The position numbers and the translations under genes are program-made. A stretch of DNA of 64,000 nucleotides from an uncultured delta proteobacterium (lineage in GTDB: Bacteria; Myxococcota; Myxococcia; SLRQ01). Positions within the stretch are counted from its first letter, which is position 1, and every line of letters begins with the position of its first letter. Positions 55,950-64,000 of this stretch are shown in pieces. Where the stretch lies: assembly GCA_963727485.1 (NCBI GenBank), contig CAVSGM010000005.1, positions 32,001-96,000 of the forward strand, in the 5' to 3' direction. Under the pieces are notes generated by a model. The model searched no databases. It was not told the origin of the DNA and was given only the letters and a program-made list of their open reading frames with translations.

Positions 55950-57818
55950 ATGAGCCTCTACCGCAAGCTGGTCCTGTTCATGCTGGTGGTCACCGTGGTC
56001 CCGGTGTCGGTGGTGGGCTTCGCCCTCGAGCGCCGGGCCGAGGGGGCGCTGCGCGACCGGATCCGGGACAGCCAGGCGTCGCTGGTGCGCAGCGAGGCCG
56101 ACGCCGTCGCCGGGTTCGTCACCGACCGGGTCGACGCCCTGCGTCGGGCCACCACCTACTTCGACCTCTCGACCGCGAGCGCCGACGAGCTCGAGGGGGC
56201 CGCCCGGGTCCTCTACAAGGCCTCCCCCGAGGTCTCGGCCACCGCCATCGTCTCCCCCAAGGGCGCGGCCCTGGCGCCGCCGGTCCACCTCGACGACCCG
56301 GCGAAGGTCCCCGGGCTCTCCGCCCACCCGGCGGCGACCGAGGCGGCGGTGCAGCGGATGCTCGCGTTTGCCCCCCTGGACCGCGCCGAGGCCGAGGGCC
56401 CGGGCTCGGTGGTCCTCTCGCCCCCCTACTCGGCACCCGAGCGGAAGGCGGCGGCGTTCTCCGCGGCCCTCCCGGTGGAGGGGAAGGATCACGCCGAGCG
56501 GATCTTCGTCGCCGAGATCTCCCTGGGGTCGCTCCAGCGCCGCGTCGCCGCCCACCACGGGGACCGCCTCCTGGTCGTCGACGGCGGCGGCCGGGCGGTC
56601 ATCGATCCCGACGTCGCCGAGCTCCGGCGGACCGTCGCCACCCCGGCGGTGCGCCGGGCCCTGGCCGCGGGGAAGGCCGGGACCAGCCGCGAGGGAGGCG
56701 CCCGGGGGCCGGTGCTCGCCGCCTGGGCCCCGGTGCCGGTCCCGGGGCTCCAGTGGACGGTGGTGGCGACCCTCCCCGAGGCCACCGCCTTCGCCCCGGT
56801 GCGGCGGATGCGGCTGGGGATCCTCGGGGCCACCGCCGGGGCCGGGGTGCTCCTGCTCCTCCTCGGGGGCGTGTTCGTGGGCTCGGTGCGCCGGGGCCTC
56901 GGCAGGGTCTCCGCCGGCGCCGAGGCCTTCGCCAAGGGCGAGCTCGGCTACCGCATCGACCCGCCGCCGGAGGAGGAGCTCGAGGCGCTGGCCACCACCT
57001 TCAACGCCATGGGCGAGGAGCTCGGCGCCGCCCGGGCGCGCCTGGAGAAGTGGAACGAGGACCTGCAGGCCGAGGTCGACGCCCGGACCCGGGAGCTCCG
57101 CGAGGCCCAGGCCCGCCTGGTCGAGACCCAGAAGCTCGCCGCGGTGGGCCAGCTCGGCGCCGGGGTCGCCCACGAGATCAACAACCCGCTGGCCGGGGTC
57201 CTGGGCAACGTGCAGCTCCTCCTGATGAAGAAGCGCAAGGCCGGCGCCGGGGACGACGACCCGGAGGTGAAGGCCCTGGCCAAGGTCGAGGAGTCGGCCA
57301 AGCGGTGCAAGGACATCACCGGGGCCCTGCTGCGCTTCAGCCAGCAGCAGGGCGACGACCTGCGCCGGGGGGCCCTCGACCTCAACGGCGTGGTCTCGGA
57401 GGTGGCGCGGCTCTCGGAGACCGGGGCGGCGGAGCAGGGGGTGGCCCTGGAGACGGTGCCCGCCGCCGCGCCGGCGCAGGTGGTCGGCGACAGCGCCCAC
57501 CTGGTGCAGGCGGTGCTCCACCTGGTCTCCAACGCCCGGACCGCGGTGAAGGATCGCGAGGGCGGCCGGGTGCGGGTGGAGGCGAGGGTGGTCGACGGCG
57601 AGGCGCAGATCCGGGTCGCCGACAACGGCAAGGGGATCGATCCCAAGATCCGCGGGCGGATCTTCGAGCCCTTCTTCACCACCAAGGACGTGTGGACCAA
57701 CCTCGGCCTCGGCCTCTCGGTGGCCTACCGGATCGCCGAGGACCACGACGGGCGCATCGAGGTGGAGAGCGTACCCGGGCAGGGGACGGTGATGACCCTC
57801 TGTCTGCCCCGGGCCTGA
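55950..57818 (+). CDS. Membrane sensor histidine kinase (Cache-like/HAMP)
   Basis: Two TM segments, LATTFNAM, GVAHEINNPL, FEPFFTTK, GLGLSV. Confidence 0.93.
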   Translation: MSLYRKLVLFMLVVTVVPVSVVGFALERRAEGALRDRIRDSQASLVRSEADAVAGFVTDRVDALRRATTYFDLSTASADELEGAARVLYKASPEVSATAIVSPKGAALAPPVHLDDPAKVPGLSAHPAATEAAVQRMLAFAPLDRAEAEGPGSVVLSPPYSAPERKAAAFSAALPVEGKDHAERIFVAEISLGSLQRRVAAHHGDRLLVVDGGGRAVIDPDVAELRRTVATPAVRRALAAGKAGTSREGGARGPVLAAWAPVPVPGLQWTVVATLPEATAFAPVRRMRLGILGATAGAGVLLLLLGGVFVGSVRRGLGRVSAGAEAFAKGELGYRIDPPPEEELEALATTFNAMGEELGAARARLEKWNEDLQAEVDARTRELREAQARLVETQKLAAVGQLGAGVAHEINNPLAGVLGNVQLLLMKKRKAGAGDDDPEVKALAKVEESAKRCKDITGALLRFSQQQGDDLRRGALDLNGVVSEVARLSETGAAEQGVALETVPAAAPAQVVGDSAHLVQAVLHLVSNARTAVKDREGGRVRVEARVVDGEAQIRVADNGKGIDPKIRGRIFEPFFTTKDVWTNLGLGLSVAYRIAEDHDGRIEVESVPGQGTVMTLCLPRA

Positions 57819-57822
57819 CCTG

Positions 57823-58800
57823 ATGTATCCTCGCCGCGTGGCGCGCCGCGGCACCCTCCGCTTCTACGCCGCCGTGATCGCAATCATCGCGGTGGTCCCG
57901 GTGGCGTGGTTCGTGTTCTTCCGGGAGCCGCCGCCGCCCCCGGCGCCGCCCCTGCCCCCGCCGAAGCCCGCCCCGGCCCCCAAGCCCGCCCCCGGCCCGG
58001 CGGTTCCCACCCAGGTGTCGCTGGCCTCCCTCGAGGGCCGGGTCCTGGTGCGCCACGGAGCCAAGGGCCCGTTCACCCCCGCCAGCGCCGGGACCCTCCT
58101 CGGCCCCGACGACACCATCCGCACCGCGCCCGGCGCCAGCGTCGACCTGGTCGCCGGCGACCACCGGGTGCACCTGGTCCCGGGCACCGACGTGCAGGTC
58201 AAGGAGCTCACCGCCGACCTCTCCCGGTTCCTCCTGGGCACCGGCATGGTGACCGCCAAGGCGGCCCCCGGCGCCAAGGGCCAGGGGCGCGAGCTGCAGG
58301 TCGACGTGAAGGGCACCGACGTCGCCGCCCGGGCCCGGCACGGCGCCTTCACCATGAGCAGCAACGGCAAGGGCACGGTGAAGGTCGCCTCCCGGTCCGG
58401 CGAGGTGCACGTGGCGGCCCGGGGCAAGGAGGTGGTGCTCCGGGGCCGCGAGGAGACCCTGGTCCGCCCGGGCCAGGCCCCCGGGCCCCCGCGCCCGGCG
58501 GCGACCTCGCTCCTCCTCCACGTCCGCTGGCCGCCGAGGCGCGCCCTCAACCACCGGGAGATCACCGTCGCCGGCCGCACCGACGCCGGGGCCCTGGTCT
58601 TCGTCGCCGGCCGCCCGGTGCGCGTGGACGCCAGCGGCCGCTTCCACGCCCGGGTGCGCCTCGAGGAGGGCGCCAACCGGGTCGACGTCGCCGCCCGGGA
58701 CGTCGCTGGCAACCGCGGCGGCGCCCGGAGCCCCCACCTGGTGGTGGACACCCGGGGGGCCAAGGCCCGCTTCGACACCCAGGGGCTCTGGGGCAAGTAG
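57823..58800 (+). CDS. FecR-domain protein with C-terminal Ig-like domain
   Basis: TM segment; LGPDDTIRTAPGASVDL...VASRSGEVHV; RLEEGANRVDVAARDVAGN. Confidence 0.75.
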   Translation: MYPRRVARRGTLRFYAAVIAIIAVVPVAWFVFFREPPPPPAPPLPPPKPAPAPKPAPGPAVPTQVSLASLEGRVLVRHGAKGPFTPASAGTLLGPDDTIRTAPGASVDLVAGDHRVHLVPGTDVQVKELTADLSRFLLGTGMVTAKAAPGAKGQGRELQVDVKGTDVAARARHGAFTMSSNGKGTVKVASRSGEVHVAARGKEVVLRGREETLVRPGQAPGPPRPAATSLLLHVRWPPRRALNHREITVAGRTDAGALVFVAGRPVRVDASGRFHARVRLEEGANRVDVAARDVAGNRGGARSPHLVVDTRGAKARFDTQGLWGK

Positions 58801-58873
58801 GGGCCTGTGGGGGGATTCGGGAGGAGGTGGGACCTCCCCCGCAAGGTGGGTCTTCCCCTCTAAAGTCCTTACA

Positions 58874-58903
58874 TTGACGGGGAGATACCGGGCTACCTAC
58901 CAT
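58874..58903 (+). promoter_or_regulatory. Sigma70-like promoter
   Basis: TTGACG-N18-TACCAT upstream of GGAGG and ATG 58924. Confidence 0.55.
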
Positions 58904-58923
58904 GCTCATGGGAGGTGGTACCG

Positions 58924-60631
58924 ATGGCTCGACTGGGACGGTGGTCGGCGGCGATTCTCTGGGCAGTCCCCGCGGTGGCGGCGGCCCAGACGGTCGCCCC
59001 GTCCGTGACCATCACCGGGACCACCAGCCAGGTGACCACCAACACCGCGGCCCAGTTCGGCCCGCGGATCTCCGGCAACGTCGTGGTCTACACCGACCTG
59101 CGCAACGGAAACGAGGACGTCTACGACACCGACCTCACCACGATGCAGGAGACCCGGATCACCACCTCCACGGCAAACCAGGATTCTCTACGACATCAGC
59201 GGCCAGCGCGTGGTCTACACCGACCACGGCCCGGCGACCCCGGTGGTGCAGGTCTACGATCTGTCCACCGGCACCGCCCAGCCCCTGCCCGCCACCAGCG
59301 GCAGCCAGGTGAACCCGGGGATCGACGGCGCCCTGGTGGCCTACGAGTACACGCCCGCCGGGTCCGGCACCGACGACATCTGGGCCACCGACCTGACCAC
59401 CGGCCAGACCTTCCCGATCACCAGCGATGGCGACATGGAGTCGGGCCCGGAGGTCAGTGGCCAGAAGATCGTCTTCGCGCGGCGCCTCGCCGGGCACACC
59501 GACAACGACATCATCCTCTACGACGTCGCCAGCGGCACCGAGACGGTGGTCGCCGGCACCGCGGCCGACGAGACCGACCCGGCCATCGACGGCAACCGCA
59601 TCGTCTACGACGCGATCCCCGCCGGGCGTACCGATCGGGACGTCTACATCTACGACCTCACCACCGGCGCGACCACCCACCTCGACCTGCCCGGCAACCA
59701 GTTCGACCCGAGGGTCTCCGGGGACGTCGTCGCCTTCGACGACGACAGCACCGGCAGCTACAACGTGATGCTCTACTACGTGCCCACCGGCTACACCTAC
59801 CCGGTGACCACCGACAGCAACACCGACTACCTCAACGACATCGACGGCGGGAACCTCGTCTACACCAGCGACCGCAGCGGGAACCCCGACATCTGGCTGT
59901 TCAAGTTCACCGTCAACGTGCCCCAGACCGGCGGCACCGGCGGCACCGGTGGGAGCTGCGGCGATCCGGCGAAGCACGCCTGCACCGACGACTCGGCCCT
60001 CGACCCGGTCTTCAGCGGCACCTACACCCGGGGCCACGGCAAGCCCAAGCAGGTCACCGACACCTTCGACGCCCTCCCCGGTGACGGAGTGGTGGTCATC
60101 CGCAGCGACTGCGCCTCGGCGACCGCGACCCTCGACGGCCGCGCGATCCTCTCGAGCTGCGAGCTCCACCCCGGGGACGACGGCCACGGCGACGATGGCG
60201 GCGACGACGGCTGCCGGGCCAAGGACGTGACCCTCGGCGCCCACAACACCCTCCAGGTGAAGGTGGCGAGCAAGCCCGGGTGCCAGGTGGCCATCGACGT
60301 CTACGCCGCGCCCCAGACCCAGTGTGGCGGGCGACGGGGATCACGGGGACCACGACCACGGCGACGACGGTCACGATGGCAGCGGGCACGACGACGGCGG
60401 CCACGACCACGGCGCCGCCGCCGGGAGCGGCTCCGCGGGGACGGTGGCGGCAGCGGCGGCACCTACGACCTCTCGCGCCTCCACCAGGCCGCGCCCCACC
60501 TCGGCCTCGTCGGCTGCGCCACCGGTCCCGGCGCCGCCGGGTACCTGGCCTTCGCCCTGGTCCTCTTCGCCCTCGGCCTGCGCCGGCGTCCGGCCCCCCG
60601 GCCGGTCCGCGTGAGGTCCCGGCGGCGCTGA
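58924..60631 (+). CDS. Surface beta-propeller-repeat protein with MYXO-CTERM-like tail; apparent frameshifts at ~59184, ~60328, ~60438
   Basis: Signal peptide; repeats PRISGNVVVYTDLRNGNEDVY and PAIDGNRIVY; tail VGCATG...LAFALVLFALGLRRR. Confidence 0.8.
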
Positions 60632-60704
60632 GGCGGTCGGCGCCCCGGGCGAGACGCCCTGGGGCCATGGTCCTCGGCGCGCCCTTGGTCTAGGCTCGGA
60701 TCCC

Positions 60705-62658
60705 GTGAACGCGCGGCGACCGGGTGGCGCAGGGCGTCTGGCCCTGGTGGTCTTGGTGGCCCTGGCCCTCACGGCGCCGGCCCTGGCCGCGGGACGAGGC
60801 GGCCTCGCCCTCTGGGGGCCCACCGGCGCCCGGGCCCCGGCGCCCTTCGAGGTGGCGCTGGTGCGGCGGGCTTCCGGGCACCTGGCCCCGGTGGGCAGGC
60901 CCGCGATCCACGTCGACGGGGGGCGCGCCACCCTGCGCCCGGGGGGCGATCCCGACGTCCTCCGCCTCCTCCTGGTCCCGGACCCCGGGGCGGCGACGCT
61001 CACCCTCCGCGCCGGGGACGGACCCGGCGCCGTGACCCGCACCTGGCCCCTCGACGCCAAGGTCGCCGGAGGCATCTCGGTCTCGGTGTCCCCGGACCAC
61101 CTGGTGAAGCGGCCCGGGTCCACGGCGACGATCACCGTGCAGGTCCTCGACGTCGCCGGCCACCCTCTGGCCCAGGCCCCGCCACCGGTGGTCTCGGCGA
61201 ACGTCGGCCGGGTGGGCCCGCTCACCGCCGCCGGGCCCGGGACCTTCCGGGCGGTCTACACCCCGAGCGCCGCCCGCTACCCCGAGGTCGCGGTGATCAC
61301 CGCGTTTCGCCCCTGGCCCCATGCCGGCAGCCCCGCCGTCGCCGTGGGGCAGGCGGTGCTGCCCCTCTCGGCGGCCATCGAGCTCCCGGGGACCACCCGG
61401 CCCAACGTGCAGATGACCGTGGTCATCGCCGGGAAGCGCTTCGGACCGGTCCACGCGGACCGCCACGGCCGGTTCAAGGTGCCGGTGGTGGTGCCCCCGG
61501 GCCACGGCCTCGGCCAGGGCATCGCCGTGGACCGCTTCGGGAACCACCGGCGCACCCGCATCGACCTCCACCTCCCCCCGACCAACCGCCTGGCGGTGGC
61601 GGCCCAGCCCCGGCTGCTCGTCGCCGACGGCCACGCCCGGGCCCAGGTGGTGCTCTTCGTGGTCGACCCCTTCGGGCACCCGAAGACCGGGCGGCCCCCG
61701 GTCCTCGAGACCGATCGCGGGCGGGTGACCCGGCCGGTGTCGGTGGGCCCGGGGCGGTGGCGGGCCTGGTACGTGGCGCCGGTCGGCGCAGGCGACGGCG
61801 CCGCCCACCTCTCGGTCCACTTCGGCCGCCGGGATCCCCTCCCGGGCCACGGTGGCGATCACCCTGGTCCCCGGGGCCCCGGCCACCGTCGCCGCCTCGG
61901 TGTCGCCCGCGGTGGTCCCGGCGCCCTCGAAGACCCCGGCGACGATCACCCTGGTGGTGCGCGACGCCGCCGGCCAGCCCGTCCCCGGCCCCCGGGTGAC
62001 GGCGACGGCCACCCGGGGGCACCTCGGCAGGCCTGAGGCCACGGCCACCGGCGCCCGCCTCGCCTACCACCCGCCGCCGACCCCGGAGGGCTGGTCGGAC
62101 GCGGTGCGGCTCTCGGTGGCCGCGCCCCCCGGGACCCGGGCGGTGGCCGCCGGGTGGGCCAACCGGCGCCTCTGGCTCCTCGACCCGGTGGGCCGCCCGG
62201 TCCCCGGCGCCCGGGCGCGGATCGCCGGCGCCGAGGTGAAGGCCGACGGCGAGGGGGCGGTGAAGGTCCCAGGCGACGGCGACCTCGAGGTCGCCCTGTC
62301 CCCGGGCCGGCCCAAGGTGACGGTGCACCGGTCGGCGGACGCCAAGGGGCGGGTCCACGGCTGGCCCGAGGCCCCGGCGCCGGTGCCCGCCACCCTGGCG
62401 GTCCCGCTCATGGCCCCGCCCCCGGCGTGGGTCGAGGTCCACCTGGCCCGGGCCGCCGGAGGGAAGGCCACGGTGCGGTGGAAGGTCACCGGGGCCCCCG
62501 GGGTGCGGAAGGTGGCCATCGTGGTGGGGACCGGGGCGCCGGTGGACGCCTCCGGCCGCGCCGGGCGCCTGGTGGTCCCGGCGACGCCCGGGACCCTGGT
62601 GACCGTGACCAATCTGGAGACCGGCGTCGCCGCGGTGGCGACGGTGCCGGGGCACTAG
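60705..62658 (+). CDS. Exported Ig-like (invasin-type) domain protein; apparent frameshift at ~61825
   Basis: Signal peptide; ATITVQVLDVAGHP, LVADGHARAQV, ATITLVVRDAAGQPV. Confidence 0.7.
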
Positions 62659-62668
62659 GAGACGCGAC

Positions 62669-64000
62669 GTGCGGCGAGGGTGGCGACAGGGGGCAGGGCG
62701 GGGCGTGGGCCTCCGGGGCACCGGGGGCCTCGCCGTCGTCCTCGCCGGGGCCCTCGCCCTCGGCCTCGGGGCCGCCGCCCGTCCCGCCCGGGCCCAGGTG
62801 TCCGAGGCGCCCCGGGCCGACGGGACCCTCCTCGGCCGGGTCTGCGCCGACGTGAACGGCGACGGCCGGTGCGAGGCCGGGGAGCCGGGCCTCGCGGACC
62901 TCCGGGTCCAGACCAGCACCGGCCTCTCTGCGACCACCGACGCCACCGGCCGCTTCCACCTCGCCGCCGTCCCCGGCCGCACCCCGGCGACGGCCCCCGG
63001 GGGCGTGCCCCTCGAACGCCTGACCCAGGCGGTGGTCACCGTGGACGTGACGCCGCTGGGCCCCGGGACCCGGGCCCCGGCGCCGGTGTGGGTCGACCTG
63101 GTCCCCGGCGCGGTGCACCGCCTGTCCCTCGCCGTGGGCCTGCCCCGGCACCCGGCGGCGGCCCGGATCGAGGCGGGCGCCGGGCTCGGGGGCGGCCTCC
63201 GGGTGCGCCCGGGGGCCAAGGGCCCGGTGCTCCTGGTGCCGGCGAAGGTCCCGACCGGTCACACGGTCACCGTGGACGGCGCCAAGCTGACGGTGGGGGC
63301 CGCCGGCCGGGTGCAGATCCCGGTGCCGCTCGCCGGCCGGGCCCCGGCGGTGACCGTGGTCAATCTCGCCCCCGACGGCCGCCGGCGCGTCGCGGTGCAG
63401 CGGGTGCTCCGGGTCCCGCGACCCGAGGGCGGCGACCTGCTGGTGCCCCAGCCCCTGGCCGTCCTCGCCACCGTGGACCTGCCCCCGGCGGGCGCGGCCC
63501 TGCCCCCGGGACGGCTCCGGGTGCCGATCTCCGCGCCCCCGGGCACCCAGGTGGGCGTCGCCAGCCCCACCGGCCACCTGGGGTCGATGACGGGCATCGG
63601 TCTCACGGTGGGCGACGCGGGCCACGCCGTGCTCTGGGTCCGGGTCCGCGGGCCGGGACCCCGGCGCCTGGAGGTCACGCCGCCGGGGGGCGAGCGGGTC
63701 GCCGTCCCCTTGGCCTACGCGGTGCGCGCGAGCGCCGGGAACACGGCCCTCCTCGCCGCGGACCTGCGCCTGGGCCTCGTAGGCGGGAAGCTCTACGGCG
63801 CCGGACGGATCACCGGCGTCGGCCGCCTCCACCTCCTGGGCGGCACCCTCACCGGGGTCCTCGACGCCGGGGACGCCGACGTGCGCCGCATCCAGGGCGG
63901 CGGGGGCGTGTGGACCCCGAGGCGCCCGGGGACGGTGGCCCGGTGGGCGGACCCGGTGACCGCCGGGGTCGCCTTCGGCGACGCCTCCACCACAAGCGAC
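62669..64000 (+). CDS. Exported protein with SdrD-B-like N-terminal module, 3'-truncated
   Basis: AGGAG then GTG 62669; signal peptide; GRVCADVNGDGRCEAGEPGL...TTDATGRFHL; frame appears open to the window end. Confidence 0.7.
   Translation, partial: MRRGWRQGAGRGVGLRGTGGLAVVLAGALALGLGAAARPARAQVSEAPRADGTLLGRVCADVNGDGRCEAGEPGLADLRVQTSTGLSATTDATGRFHLAAVPGRTPATAPGGVPLERLTQAVVTVDVTPLGPGTRAPAPVWVDLVPGAVHRLSLAVGLPRHPAAARIEAGAGLGGGLRVRPGAKGPVLLVPAKVPTGHTVTVDGAKLTVGAAGRVQIPVPLAGRAPAVTVVNLAPDGRRRVAVQRVLRVPRPEGGDLLVPQPLAVLATVDLPPAGAALPPGRLRVPISAPPGTQVGVASPTGHLGSMTGIGLTVGDAGHAVLWVRVRGPGPRRLEVTPPGGERVAVPLAYAVRASAGNTALLAADLRLGLVGGKLYGAGRITGVGRLHLLGGTLTGVLDAGDADVRRIQGGGGVWTPRRPGTVARWADPVTAGVAFGDASTTSD

Overview
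Very GC-rich bacterial chromosomal DNA (about three quarters G+C by eye). The gene repertoire points to Myxococcota: TIGR02266-type PilZ, DUF2378-like protein, MYXO-CTERM-like tail, giant TPR protein, sigma54 promoters. About a dozen single-base indels split otherwise intact genes and look like long-read errors rather than pseudogenes. Left to right: giant TPR protein; a satellite microcompartment (BMC) locus with two vertex genes and a class II aldolase; a ComEC-like hydrolase/DUF3006/ComEA/FHA operon divergent from deoC, which carries a candidate encapsulation peptide; pdp-nupC-punA nucleoside catabolism; rpmE, ligA, acyP; an unannotated candidate sigma54-driven sRNA; aspartyl protease; RNase E/G with a large acidic insert; PilZ, YihY, ihfB; an 11-gene minimal type III export cluster with no ATPase or secretin but with candidate needle and rod genes; two degenerate REC-GGDEF genes; acyl-CoA dehydrogenase; two paralogous coiled-coil lipoproteins around cutA; nrdJ; a pspA-nfeD-flotillin-pseudo-carbonic anhydrase operon; UbiB kinase; a lower-GC four-gene islet led by an 8-Cys secreted miniprotein; two sensor kinases; FecR, beta-propeller and Ig-like surface proteins. 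No tRNA, rRNA, CRISPR array or transposase was seen. Best candidates for undescribed biology: the DNA-foraging/BMC module, the minimal T3SS, the sRNA and the Cys-rich peptide islet. All family calls come from motif recognition by eye; no searches were run.
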